Shown here piece after piece: positions 39,501-54,500 of a stretch of 64,000 bases of DNA. Numbering within the stretch: position 1 is the first letter of the stretch; each line of letters begins with the position of its first letter. Source of the DNA: Paragordius varius (Eukaryota; Animalia; Nematomorpha); assembly GCA_964247055.1 (NCBI GenBank), contig OZ176050.1, positions 806,001-870,000 on the forward strand, written 5' to 3'. A model generated the notes under the pieces. It worked only from the letters and a program-made list of their open reading frames with translations, was not told the DNA's origin and ran no database searches. A program made the translations under genes and the position numbers.

Positions 39501-42500
39501 TTTATTTTATACGATTTTAAAAATAAAAATGGCTACCTAAAATCCAAATTTGATCAGGTGATGTCACCATAATTTTTTTTGGGTAGCCCTATGGTAGTTC
39601 CATCATCACCCCAAATATTTTCGAGATCGGAATATAAATGTAATTTTTATGAATTTTTTAAATATTTAAAAAATTTATTTTATACGATTTTAAAAATAAA
39701 AATGGCTACACTAAAATCCAAATTTGATCAGGTAATGTCGCCATAATATTTTTTGGGTAGCCCTATAGTAGTTCCATCATCACCCCAAATATTTTCGAGA
39801 TCGGAGTATAAATGTGATTTTTATGAATTTTTTAAATATTTAAAAAATTTATTTTATACGATTTTAAAAATAAAAATGGCTACCTAAAATCCAAATTTGG
39901 TCAGGTTATGTCACTATAATTTTTTTTGGGTAGCCCTATGGTAGTTCCATCATCACCCCAAATATTTTCGAGATCGAAGTATAAATGTAATTTTTATGAA
40001 TTTTTTAAATATTTAAAAAATACATTTTATACGATTGTAAAAATAAAAATGGCTACCTAAAATCCAAATTTGATCAGGTGATGTCACCATAATTTTTTTT
40101 GGGTAGCCCTATGGTAGTTCCATCATCACCCCAAATATTTTCGAGATCGGAGTATAAATGTAATTTTTATGAATTTTTTAAATATTTAAAAAATTTATTT
40201 TATACGATTTTAAAAATAAAAATGGCTACCTAAAATCCAAATTTGATCAGGTGATGTCACCATAATTTTTTTTGGGTAGCCCTATGGTAGTTCCATCATC
40301 ACCCCAAATATTTTCGAGATCGGAGTATAAATGTAATTTTTATGAATTTTTTAAATATTTAAAAAATTTATTTTATACGATTTTAAAAATAAAAATGGCT
40401 ACCTAAAATCCAAGTTTGATCAGGTGATGTCACCATAATTTTTTTTGGGTAGCCCTATGGTAGTTCCATCATCACCCCAAATATTTTCGAGATCGGAATA
40501 TAAATGTAATTTTTATGAATTTTTTAAATATTTAAAAAATTTATTTTATACGATTTTAAAAATAAAAATGGCTACACTAAATTCCAAATTTAATCAGGTG
40601 ATGTCACCATAATTTTTTTTGGGTAGCCCTATGGTAGTTCCATCATCACCCCAAATATTGTCGAGATCGGAGTATAAATGTAATTTTTTTGAATTTTTTA
40701 AATATTTAAAAAATTTATTTTATACGATTTTAAAAATAAAAATGGCTACCTAAAATCCAAATTTGATCAGGTGATGTCGCCATAATTTTTTTTGGGTAGC
40801 CCTATGGTAGTTCCATCATCACCCCAAATATTTTCGAGATCGGAGTATAAATGTAATTTTATGAATTTTTTAAATATTTAAAAAATTTATTTTATATGAT
40901 TTTAAAAATAAAAATTGCTACCTAAAATCCAAATTTGATCAGGTGATGTCACGATAATTTTTTATGGGTAGCCCTATGGTAGTTCCATCATCACCCCAAA
41001 TATTGTCGAGATCGGAGTATAAATGTAATTTTTTTGAATTTTTTAAATATTTAAAAAATTTATTTTATACGATTTTAAAAATAAAAATGGCTACCTAAAA
41101 TCCAAATTTGATCAGGTGATGTCGCCATAATTTTTTTTGCGTAGCCCTATGGTAGTTCTATCATCACCCCAAATATTTTGTGGATCGGACTATAAATGTA
41201 ATTTTTATGAATTTTTTAAATATTTAAAAAATTTATTTTATACGATTTTAAAAATAAAAATGGCTACCTAAAATCCAAATTTGATCAGGTGATGTCACCA
41301 TAATTTTTTTTGGGTAGCCCTATGGTAGTTCCATCATCACACCAAATATTGTCGAGATCGGAGTATAAATGTAATTTTTTTGAATTTTTAAATATTTAAA
41401 AAATTTATTTTATACGATTTTAAAAATAAAAATGGCTACCTAAAATCCAAATTTTATCAGGTGATGTCGCCATAATTTTTTTTGCGTAGCCCTATGGTAG
41501 TTCTATCATCACCCCAAATATTTTGGGGATCGGACTATAAATGTAATTTTTATGAATTTTTTAAATATTTAAAAAATTTATTTTATACGATTTTAAAAAT
41601 AAAAATGGCTACCTAAAATCCAAATTTGATCAGGTGATGTCACCATAATTTTTTTTGGGTAGCCCTATGGTAGTTCCATCATCACCCCAATAATTTTCGA
41701 GATCGGAGTATAAATGTAATTTTTATGAATTTTTTAAATATTTAAAAAATTTATTTTATACGATTTTAAAAATAAAAATGGCTACCTAAAATCCAAATTT
41801 GATCAGGTGATGTCACCATAATTTTTTTTGGGTAGCCCTATGGTAGTTCCATCATCACCCCAAATATTTTCGAGATCGGAATATAAATGTAATTTTTATC
41901 AATTTTTTAAATATTTAAAAAATTTATTTTATACGATTTTAAAAATAAAAATGGCTACACTAAAATCCAAATTTAATCAGGTGATGTCACCATAATTTTT
42001 TTTGGGTAGCCCTATGGTAGTTCCATCATCACCCCAAATATTGTCGAGATCGGAGTATAAATGTAATTTTTTTGAATTTTTTAAATATTTAAAAAATTTA
42101 TTTTATACGATTTTAAAAATAAAAATGGCTACCTAAAATCCAAATTTGATCAGGTGATGTCGCCATAATTTTTTTTGGGTAGCCCTATGGTAGTTCCATC
42201 ATCACCCCAAATATTTTCGAGATCGGAGTATAAATGTAATTTTTATGAATTTTTTAAATATTTAAAAAATTTATTTTATACGATTTTAAAAATAAAAATG
42301 GCTTCCTAAAATCCAAATTTGATCAGGTGATGTCACGATAATTTTTTTTGGGTAGCCCTATGGTAGTTCCATCATCACCCCAAATATTGTCGAGATCGGA
42401 GTATAAATGTAATTTTTTAGAATTTTTTAAATATTTAAAAAATTTATTTTATACGATTTTAAAAATAAAAATGGCTACCTAAAATCCAAATTTGATCAGG

Positions 42501-45500
42501 TGATGTCGCCATAATTTTTTTGCGTAGCCCTATGGTAGTTCTATCATCACCCCAAATATTTTGGGGATCGGACTATAAATGTAATTTTTATGAATTTTTT
42601 AAATATTTAAAAAATTTATTTTATACGATTTTAAAAATAAAAATGGCTACCTAAAATCCAAATTTGATCAGGTGATGTCACCATAATTTCCCTATGGTAG
42701 TTCCATCATCACCCCAAATATTTTCGAGATCGGAGTATAAATGTAATTTTTATGAATTTTTTAAATATTTAAAAAATTTATTTTATACGATTTTAAAAAT
42801 AAAAATGGCTACACTAAAATCGAAATTTGATCAGGTAATGTCGCCATAATATTTTTTGGGTAGCCCTATAGTAGTTCCATCATCACCCCAAATATTTTCG
42901 AGATCGGAGTATAAATGTGATTTTTATGAATTTTTTAAATATTTAAAAAATTTATTTTATACGATTTTAAAAATAAAAATGGCTACCTAAAATCCAAATT
43001 TGGTCAGGTGATGTCACTATAATTTTTTTTGGGTAGCCCTATGGTAGTTCCATCATCACCCCAAATATTTTCGAGATCGAAGTATAAATGTAATTTTTAT
43101 GAATTTTTTAAATATTTAAAAAATTTATTTTATACGATTGTAAAAATAAAAATGGCTACCTAAAATCCAAATTTGATCAGGTGATGTCGCCATAATTTTT
43201 TTTAGGTAGCCCTATGGTAGTTCCATCATCACCCTAAATATTTTGGGGATCGGACTATAAATGTAATTTTTATGAATTTTTTAAATATTTAAAAAATTTA
43301 TTTTATACGATTTTAAAAATAAAAATGGCTACACTAAAATCCAAATTTGATCAGGTAATGTCGCCATAATATTTTTTGGGTAGCCCTATGGTAGTTCCAT
43401 CATCACCCCAAATATTTTCGAGATCGAAGTATAAATGTAATTTTTATGAATTTTTTAAATATTTAAAAAATTTATTTTATACGATTTTAAAAATAAAAAT
43501 GGCTACCTAAAATCCAAATTTGATCAGGTGATGTCACCATAATTTTTTTTGGGTAGGCCTATGGTAGTTCCATCATCACCCCAAATATTTTCGAGATCGG
43601 AGTATAAATGTAATTTTTATGAATTTTTTAAATATTTAAAAAATTTATTTTATACGATTTTAAAAATAAAAATGGCTACACTAAAATCCAAATTTGATCA
43701 GGTAATGTCGCCATAATATTTTTTGGGTAGCCCTATAGTAGTTCCATCATCACCCCAAATATTTTCGAGATCGGAGTATAAATGTGATTTTTATGAATTT
43801 TTTAAATATTTAAAAAATTTATTTTATACGATTTTAAAAATAAAACTGGCTACCTAAAATCCAAATTTGGTCAGGTGATGTCACTATAATTTTTTTTGGG
43901 TAGCCCTATGGTAGTTCCATCATCACCCCAAATATTTTCGAGATCGAAGTATAAATGTAATTTTTATGAATTTTTTAAATATTTAAAAAATTTATTTTAT
44001 ACGATTGTAAAAATAAAAATGGCTACCTAAAATCCAAATTTGATCAGGTGATGTCACCATAATTTTTTTTGGGTAGCCCTATGGTAGTTCCATCATCACC
44101 CCAAATATTTTCGAGATCGGAGTATAAATGTAATTTTTATGAATTTTTTAAATATTTAAAAAATTTATTTTATACGATTTTAAAAATAAAAATGGCTACC
44201 TAAAATCCAAATTTGATCAGGTGATGTCACCATAATTTTTTTTGGGTAGCCCTATGGTAGTTCCATCATCACCCCAAATATTTTCGAGATCGGAATATAA
44301 ATGTAATTTTTATGAATTTTTTAAATATTTAAAAAATTTATTTTATACGATTTTAAAAATAAAAATGGCTACACTAAAATCCAAATTTGATCAGGTAATG
44401 TCGCCATAATATTTTTTGGGTAGCCCTATAGTAGTTCCATCATCACCCCAAATATTTTCGAGATCGGAGTATAAATGTGATTTTTATGAATTTTTTAAAT
44501 ATTTAAAAAATTTATTTTATACGATTTTAAAAATAAAAATGGCTACCTAAAATCCAAATTTGGTCAGGTTATGTCACTATAATTTTTTTTGGGTAGCCCT
44601 ATGGTAGTTCCATCATCACCCCAAATATTTTCGAGATCGAAGTATAAATGTAATTTTTATGAATTTTTTAAATATTTAAAAAATACATTTTATACGATTG
44701 TAAAAATAAAAATGGCTACCTAAAATCCAAATTTGATCAGGTGATGTCACCATAATTTTTTTTGGGTAGCCCTATGGTAGTTCCATCATCACCCCAAATA
44801 TTTTCGAGATCGGAGTATAAATGTAATTTTTATGAATTTTTTAAATATTTAAAAAATTTATTTTATACGATTTTAAAAATAAAAATGGCTACCTAAAATC
44901 CAAATTTGATCAGGTGATGTCACCATAATTTTTTTTGGGTAGCCCTATGGTAGTTCCATCATCACCCCAAATATTTTCGAGATCGGAGTATAAATGTAAT
45001 TTTTATGAATTTTTTAAATATTTAAAAAATTTATTTTATACGATTTTAAAAATAAAAATGGCTACCTAAAATCCAAATTTGATCAGGTGATGTCACCATA
45101 ATTTTTTTTGGGTAGCCCTATGGTAGTTCCATCATCACCCCAAATATTTTCGAGATCGGAATATAAATGTAATTTTTATGAATTTTTTAAATATTTAAAA
45201 AATTTATTTTATACGATTTTAAAAATAAAAATGGCTACACTAAATTCCAAATTTAATCAGGTGATGTCACCATAATTTTTTTTGGGTAGCCCTATGGTAG
45301 TTCCATCATCACCCCAAATATTGTCGAGATCGGAGTATAAATGTAATTTTTTTGAATTTTTTAAATATTTAAAAAATTTATTTTATACGATTTTAAAAAT
45401 AAAAATGGCTACCTAAAATCCAAATTTGATCAGGTGATGTCGCCATAATTTTTTTTGGGTAGCCCTATGGTAGTTCCATCATCACCCCAAATATTTTCGA

Positions 45501-46788
45501 GATCGGAGTATAAATGTAATTTTATGAATTTTTTAAATATTTAAAAAATTTATTTTATATGATTTTAAAAATAAAAATTGCTACCTAAAATCCAAATTTG
45601 ATCAGGTGATGTCACGATAATTTTTTTTGGGTAGCCCTATGGTAGTTCCATCATCACCCCAAATATTGTCGAGATCGGAGTATAAATGTAATTTTTTTGA
45701 ATTTTTTAAATATTTAAAAAATTTATTTTATACGATTTTAAAAAAATAAATGGCTACCTAAAATCCAAATTTGATCAGGTGATGTCGCCATAATTTTTTT
45801 TGCGTAGCCCTATGGTAGTTCTATCATCACCCCAAATATTTTGGGGATCGGACTATAAATGTAATTTTTATGAATTTTTTAAATATTTAAAAAATTTATT
45901 TTATACGATTTTAAAAATAAAAATGGCTACCTAAAATCCAAATTTGATCAGGTGATGTCACCATAATTTTTTTTGGGTAGCCCTATGGTAGTTCCATCAT
46001 CACCCCAAATATTTTCGAGATCGGAGTATAAATGTAATTTTTATGAATTTTTTAAATATTTAAAAAATTTATTTTATACGATTTTAAAAATAAAAATGGC
46101 TACCTAAAATCCAAATTTGATCAGGTGATGTCATCATATTTTTTTTTGGGTAGCCCTATGGTAGTTCCATCATCACCCCAAATATTTTCGAGATCGGAAT
46201 ATAAATGTAATTTTTATGAATTTTTTAAATATTTAAAAAATTTATTTTATACGATTTTAAAAATAAAAATGGCTACACTAAATTCCAAATTTAATCAGGT
46301 GATGTCACCATAATTTTTTTTAGGTAGCCCTATGGTAGTTCCATCATCACCCCAAATATTGTCGAGATCGGAGTATAAATGTAATTTTTTTGAATTTTTT
46401 AAATATTTAAAAAATTTATTTTATACGATTTTAAAAATAAAAATGGCTACCTAAAATCCAAATTTGATCAGGTGATGTCGCCATAATTTTTTTTGGGTAG
46501 CCCTATGGTAGTTCCATCATCACCCCAAATATTTTCGAGATCGGAGTATAAATGTAATTTTTATGAATTTTTTAAATATTTAAAAAATTTATTTTAACGA
46601 TTTTAAAAATAAAAATGGCTACACTAAATTCCAAATTTAATCAGGTGATGTCACCATAATTTTTTTTGGGTAGCCCTATGGTAGTTCCATCATCACCCCA
46701 AATATTGTCGAGATCGGAGTATAAATGTAATTTTTTTGAATTTTTTAAATATTTAAAAAATTTATTTTATACGATTTTAAAAATAAAA
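33503..46788. repeat. Variant domain C: distinct subfamily organised as 4- to 6-monomer units
   Basis: Variants seen only here are GGCTACACT (+1 bp), CAGGTAATG, TTTGGTCAGG, GATCGAAGTA, ACGATTGTAA/ACGAATGTAA, AATACATTT and the 11-bp deletion CATAATTTCCCT. Local periods are 853, 867, 693 and 1039 bp. Confidence 0.85.
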
Positions 46789-48511
46789 ATGGCTACCTAA
46801 AATCCAAATTTGATCAGGTGATGTCGCCATAATTTTTTTGGGTAGCCCTATGGTAGTTCCATCATCACCCCAAATATTTTCGAGATCGGAGTATAAATGT
46901 AATTTTTATGAATTTTTTAAATATTTAAAAAATTTATTTTATACGATTTTAAAAATAAAAATGGCTACCTAAAATCCAAATTTGATCAGGTGATGTCACC
47001 ATAATTTTTTTTGGGTAGCCCTATGGTAGTTCCATCATCACCCCAAATATTTTCGAGATCGGAGTATAAATGTAATTTTTATGAATTTTTTAAATATTTA
47101 AAAAATTTATTTTATACGATTTTAAAAATAAAAATGGCTACCTAAAATCCAAATTTGATCAGGTGATGTCACCATAATTTTTTTTGGGTAGCCCTATGGT
47201 AGTTCCATCATCACCCCAAATATTTTCGAGATCGGAGTATAAATGTAATTTTTATGAATTTTTTAAATATTTAAAAAATTTATTTTATACGATTTTAAAA
47301 ATAAAAATGGCTACCTAAAATCCAAATTTGATCAGGTGATGTCACGATAATTTTTTTTGGGTAGCCCTATAGTTCCATCATCACCCCAAATATTGTCGAG
47401 ATCGGAGTATAAATGTAATTTTTTTGAATTTTTTAATTATTTAAAAAATTTATTTTAAACGATTTTAAAAATAAAAATGGCTGCCTAAAATCCAAATTTG
47501 ATCAGGTGATATCGCCATAATTTTTTTTGCGTAGCCCTATGGTAGTTCTATCATCACCCCAAATATTTTGGGGATCGGACTATAAATGTAATTTTTATGA
47601 ATTTTTTAAATATTTAAAAAATTTATTTTATACGATTTTAAAAATAAAAATGGCTACCTAAAATCCAAATTTGATCAGGTGATGTCACCATAATTTTTTT
47701 TGGGTAGCCCTATGGTAGTTCCATCATCACATCAAATATTTTCGAGATCGGAATATAAATGTAATTTTTATGAATTTTTTAAATATTTAAAAAATTTATT
47801 TTATACGATTTTAAAAATAAAAATGGCTACCTAAAATCCAAATTTGATCAGGTGATGTCACCATAATTTTTTTTGGGTAGCCCTATGGTAGTTCCATCAT
47901 CACCCCAAATATTTTGGAGATCGGAGTATAAATGTAATTTTTTTGAATTTTTTAAATATTTAAAAAAATTATTTTATACGATTTTAAAAATAAAAATGGC
48001 TGCCTAAAATCCAAATTTGATCAGGTGATGTCACTATAATTTTTTTGGGTAGCCCTATGGTAGTTCCATCATCACCCCAAATATTTTCGAGATCGGAGTA
48101 TAAATGTAATTTTTATGAATTTTTTAAATATTTAAAAAAATTATTTTATACGATTTTAAAAATAAAAATGGCTGCCTAAAATCCAAATTTGATCAGGTGA
48201 TGTCACTATAATTTTTTTGGGTAGCCCTATGGTAGTTCCATCATCACCCCAAATATTTTCGAGATCGGAGTATAAATGTAATTTTTATGAATTTTTTAAA
48301 TATTTAAAAAATTTATTTTATACGATTTTAAAAATAAAAATGGCTACCTAAAATCCAAATTTGATCAGGTGATGTCACCATAATTTTTTTTGGGTAGCCC
48401 TATGGTAGTTCCATCATCACCCCAAATATTTTGGGGATCGGACTATAAATGTAATTTTTATGAATTTTTTAAATATTTAAAAAATTTATTTTATACGATT
48501 TTAAAATTAAA
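46789..48511. repeat. Variant domain D: short, non-HOR stretch of near-consensus and singleton-variant monomers
   Basis: No repeated multi-monomer block was recognised. It contains consensus monomers (46961-47306) and rare variants shared with the first 10 kb. Confidence 0.6.
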
Positions 48512-51500
48512 ATGGCTACCTAAAATCCAAATTTGATCAGGTGATGTCGCCATAATTTTTTTTGGGTAGCCCTATGGTAGTTCCATCATCACCCCAAATA
48601 TTTTCGAGATCGGAGTATAAATGTAATTTTTATGAATTTTTTAAATATTTAAAAAATTTATTTTCGATTTTAAAAATAAAAATGGCTACCTAAAATCCAA
48701 ATTTGATCAGGTGATGTCACCATAATTTTTTTTGGGTAGCCTTATGGTAGTTCCATCATCACCCCAAATATTTTCGAGATCGGAGTATAAATGTAATTTT
48801 TATGAATTTTTTAAATATTTAAAAAATTTATTTTATACGATTTTAAAAATAAAAATGGCCTACCTAAAATCCAAATTTGATCAGGTGATGTCACCATAAT
48901 TTTTTTTGGGTAGCCCTATGGTAGTTCCATCATCACCCCAAATATCGTCGAGATCGTAGTATAAATGTAATTTTTATGAATTTTTTAAATATTTAAAAAA
49001 TTTATTTTATACGATTTTAAAAATAAAAATGGCTACCTAAAATCCAAATTTGATCAGGTGATGTCACTATAATTTTTTTGGGTAGCCCTATGGTAGTTCC
49101 ATCATAACCCCAAATATTTTTGAGATCGGACTTTAAATGTAATTTTTATGAATTTTTTAAATATTTAAAAAATTTATTTTATACGATTTTAAAAATAAAA
49201 ATGGCTACCTAAAATCCAAATTTGATCAGGTGATGTCACCATAATTTTTTTTGGGTAGCCCTATGGTAGTTCCATCATCACCCCAAATATTTTCGAGATC
49301 GGAGTATAAATGTAATTTTTATGAATTTTTTAAATATTTAAAAAATTGATTTTATACGATTTTAAAAATAAAAATGGGTACCTAAAATTCAAATTTGATC
49401 AGGTGATGTCACCATATTTTTTTTTGGGAAGCCCTATGGTAGTTCCATCATCACCCCAAATATTGTCGAGATCGGAGTATAAATGTAATTTTTTTGAATT
49501 TTTTAAATATTTAAAAAATTTATTTTATACGATTTTAAAAACAAAAATGGCTACCTAAACTCCAAATTTGATCAGGTGATGTCACCATAATTTTTTTTGG
49601 GTAGCCCTATGGTAGTTCCATCATCACCCCAAATATTTTCGAGATCGGAGTATAAATGTAATTTTTATGAATTTTTTAAATATTTAAAAAATTTATTTTA
49701 TACGATTTTAAAAATAAAAATGGCTACCTAAAATCCAAATTTGATCAGGTGATGTCACCATAATTTTTTTTGGGTAGCCCTATGGTAGTTCCATCATCAT
49801 CCCAAATATTTTCGAGATCGGAGTATAAATGTAATTTTTATATATTTTTTAAATATTTAAAAAATTTATTTTATACGATTTTAAAAATAAAAATGGCTAC
49901 CTAAAATCCAAATTTGATCAGGTGATGTCACCATATTTTTTTTTGGGTAGCCCTATGGTAGTTCCATCATCACCCCAAATATTTTGGGGATCGGACTATA
50001 AATGTAATTTTTATGAATTTTTTAAATATTTAAAAAATTTATTTTATACGATTTTAAAATAAAAATGGCTACCAAAAATCCAAATTTGATCAGGTGATGT
50101 CGCCATAATTTTTTGTGGGTAGCCCTATGGTAGTTCCATCATCACCCCAAATATTTTCGAGATCGGAGTATAAATGTAATTTTTATGAATTTTTTAAATA
50201 TTTAAAAAATTTATTTTCGATTTTAAAAATAAAAATGGCTACCTAAAATCCAAATTTGATCAGGTGATGTCACCATAATTTTTTTTGGGTAGCCTTATGG
50301 TAGTTCCATCATCACCCCAAATATTTTCGAGATCGGAGTATAAATGTAATTTTTATGAATTTTTTAAATATTTAAAAAATTTATTTTATACGATTTTAAA
50401 AATAAAAATGGCCTACCTAAAATCCAAATTTGATCAGGTGATGTCACCATAATTTTTTTTGGGTAGCCCTATGGTAGTTCCATCATCACCCCAAATATTT
50501 TCGAGATCGGAGTATAAATGTAATTTTTATGAATTTTTAAATATTTAAAAAATTTATTTTATAGGATTTTAAAAATAAAAATGGCTACCTAAAATCCAAA
50601 TTTGATCAGGTGATGTCGCCATAATTTTTTTTGCGTAGCCCTATGGTAGTTCCATCATCACCCCAAATATTTTCGAGATCGGAGTATAAGTGTAATTTTT
50701 TTGAATTTTTTAAATATTTAAAAAATTTATTTTATACGATTTTAAAAATAAAAATGGCTACCTAAAATCCAAATTTGATCAGGTGATGTCACTATAATTT
50801 TTTTGGGTAGCCCTATGGTAGTTCCATCATCACCCCAAATATTTTCGAGATCGGAGTATAAATGTAATTTTTATGAATTTTTTAAATATTTAAAAAATTT
50901 ATTTTATACGATTTTAAAAATAAAAATGGCTACCTGAAATCCAAATTTGATCAGGTGATGTCGCTATAATTTTTTTTGGGTAGCCCTATGGTAGTTCCAT
51001 CATGACCCCAAATATTTTGGGGATCGGACTATAAATGTAATTTTTATGAAATTTTTAAATATTTAAAAAATTTATTTTATACGATTTTAAAAATAAAAAT
51101 GGCTACCTAAAATCCAAATTTGATCAGGTGATGTCACCATAATTTTTTTTGGGTAGCCCTATGGTAGTTCCATCATCACCCCAAATATTTTCGAGATCGG
51201 AGTATAAATATAATTTTTATGAATTTTTTAAATATTTAAAAAATTTATTTTATACGATTTTAAAAATAAAAATGGCTACCTAAAATCCAAATTTGATCAG
51301 GTGATGTCACCATAATTTTTTTGGGTAGCCCTATGGTAGTTCCATCATCACCCCAAATATTTTCGAGATCGGAGTATAAATGTAATTTTTATGAATTTTT
51401 TAAATATTTAAAAAATTTATTTTATACGATTTTAAAAATAAAAATGGCTACCTAAAATCCAAATTTGATCAGGTGATGTCGCCATAATTTTTTTTGGGTA

Positions 51501-54500
51501 GCCCTATGGTAGTTCCATCATCACCCCAAATATTGTCGAGATCGGAGTATAAATGTGATTTTTATGAATTTTTTAAATATTTAAAAAATTTATTTTATAC
51601 GATTTTAAAATAAAAATGGCTACCAAAAATCCAAATTTGATCAGGTGATGTCGCCATAATTTTTTGTGGGTAGCCCTATGGTAGTTCCATCATCACCCCA
51701 AATATTTTCGAGATCGGAGTATAAATGTAATTTTTATGAATTTTTTAAATATTTAAAAAATTTATTTTCGATTTTAAAAATAAAAATGGCTACCTAAAAT
51801 CCAAATTTGATCAGGTGATGTCACCATAATTTTTTTTGGGTAGCCTTATGGTAGTTCCATCATCACCCCAAATATTTTCGAGATCGGAGTATAAATGTAA
51901 TTTTTATGAATTTTTTAAATATTTAAAAAATTTATTTTATACGATTTTAAAAATAAAAATGGCTACCTAAAATCCAAATTTGATCAGGTGATGTCGCCAT
52001 AATTTTTTTTGGGTAGCCCTATGGTAGTTCCATCATCACCCCAAATATTGTCGAGATCGGAGTATAAATGTAATTTTTATGAATTTTTAAATATTTAAAA
52101 AATTTATTTTATAGGATTTTAAAAATAAAAATGGCTACCTAAAATCCAAATTTGATCAGGTGATGTCGCCATAATTTTTTTTGCGTAGCCCTATGGTAGT
52201 TCCATCATCACCCCAAATATTTTCGAGATCGGAGTATAAGTGTAATTTTTTTGAATTTTTTAAATATTTAAAAAATTTATTTTATACGATTTTAAAAATA
52301 AAAATGGCTACCTAAAATCCAAATTTGATCAGGTGATGTCACTATAATTTTTTTGGGTAGCCCTATGGTAGTTCCATCATCACCCCAAATATTTTCGAGA
52401 TCGGAGTATAAATGTAATTTTTATGAATTTTTTAAATATTTAAAAAATTTATTTTATACGATTTTAAAAATAAAAATGGCTACCTGAAATCCAAATTTGA
52501 TCAGGTGATGTCGCTATAATTTTTTTTGGGTAGCCCTATGGTAGTTCCATCATGACCCCAAATATTTTGGGGATCGGACTATAAATGTAATTTTTATGAA
52601 ATTTTTAAATATTTAAAAAATTTATTTTATACGATTTTAAAAATAAAAATGGCTACCTAAAATCCAAATTTGATCAGGTGATGTCACCATAATTTTTTTT
52701 GGGTAGCCCTATGGTAGTTCCATCATCACCCCAAATATTTTCGAGATCGGAGTATAAATATAATTTTTATGAATTTTTTAAATATTTAAAAAATTTATTT
52801 TATACGATTTTAAAAATAAAAATGGCTACCTAAAATCCAAATTTGATCAGGTGATGTCACCATAATTTTTTTGGGTAGCCCTATGGTAGTTCCATCATCA
52901 CCCCAAATATTTTCGAGATCGGAGTATAAATGTAATTTTTATGAATTTTTTAAATATTTAAAAAATTTATTTTATACGATTTTAAAAATAAAAATGGCTA
53001 CCTAAAATCCAAATTTGATCAGGTGATGTCGCCATAATTTTTTTTGGGTAGCCCTATGGTAGTTCCATCATCACCCCAAATATTGTCGAGATCGGAGTAT
53101 AAATGTAGTTTTTTTGAATTTTTTAAATATTTAAAAAATTTATTTTATACGATTTTAAAAATAAAAATGGCTACCTAAAATCCGAATTTGATCAGGTGAT
53201 GTCACCATAATTTTTTTTGGGTAGCCCTATGGTAGTTCCATCATCACCCCAAATATTTTCGAGATCGGAGTATAAATGTAATTTTTATGAATTTTTTAAA
53301 TATTTAAAAAATTTATTTTATACGATTTTAAAAATAAAAATGGCTACCTAAAATCCAAATTTGATCAGGTGATGTCACCATATTTTTTTTTGGGTAGCCC
53401 TATGGTAGTTCCATCATCACCCCAAATATTGTCGAGATCGGAGTATAAATGTAATTTTTTTGAATTTTTTAAATATTTAAAAAATTTATTTTATACGATT
53501 TTAAAAATAAAAATGGCTACCTAAAATCCAAATTTGATCAGGTGATGTCACCATAATTTTTTTTGGGTAGCCCTATGGTAGTTCCATCATAACCCCAAAT
53601 ATTTTTGAGATCGGAGTATAAATGTAATTTTTATGAATTTTTTAAATATTTAAAAAATTTATTTTATACGATTTTAAAAATAAAAATGGCTACCTGAAAT
53701 CCAAATTTGATCAGGTGATGTCGCTATAATTTTTTTTGGGTAGCCCTATGGTAGTTCCATCATGACCCCAAATATTTTGGGGATCGGACTATAAATGTAA
53801 TTTTTATGAAATTTTTAAATATTTAAAAAATTTATTTTATACGATTTTAAAAATAAAAATGGCTACCTAAAATCCAAATTTGATCAGGTGATGTCACCAT
53901 AATTTTTTTTGGGTAGCCCTATGGTAGTTCCATCATCACCCCAAATATTTTCGAGATCGGAGTATAAATATAATTTTTATGAATTTTTTAAATATTTAAA
54001 AAATTTATTTTATACGATTTTAAAAATAAAAATGGCTACCTAAAATCCAAATTTGATCAGGTGATGTCACCATAATTTTTTTGGGTAGCCCTATGGTAGT
54101 TCCATCATCACCCCAAATATTTTCGAGATCGGAGTATAAATGTAATTTTTATGAATTTTTTAAATATTTAAAAAATTTATTTTATACGATTTTAAAAATA
54201 AAAATGGCTACCTAAAATCCAAATTTGATCAGGTGATGTCGCCATAATTTTTTTTGGGTAGCCCTATGGTAGTTCCATCATCACCCCAAATATTGTCGAG
54301 ATCGGAGTATAAATGTAATTTTTTTGAATTTTTTAAATATTTAAAAAATTTATTTTATACGATTTTAAAAATAAAAATGGCTACCTAAAATCCAAATTTG
54401 ATCAGGTGATGTCACCATAATTTTTTTTGCGTAGCCCTATGGTAGTTCCATCATCACCCCAAATATTTTGGGGATCGGACTATAAATGTAATTTTTATGA

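Noticed and set aside
46125-46313. 62-aa ORF from the supplied track
   Set aside because: It starts at GTG within a monomer, is open only because local variants remove the usual stops, and is a translation of about one satellite unit with no protein-like features.
49346-49558. 70-aa ORF from the supplied track
   Set aside because: It starts at a TTG created by a point variant and has the same repeat-derived peptide as the other ORF. A few such read-throughs are expected among about 370 variant monomers.
50753-50925. T7/T8/T9 homopolymer variation as pure sequencing error
   Set aside because: Run lengths co-segregate with HOR markers (e.g. T7 in the ACTATA monomer before each ACCTGAAA monomer in most copies), so most appear real, though singletons may still be errors.
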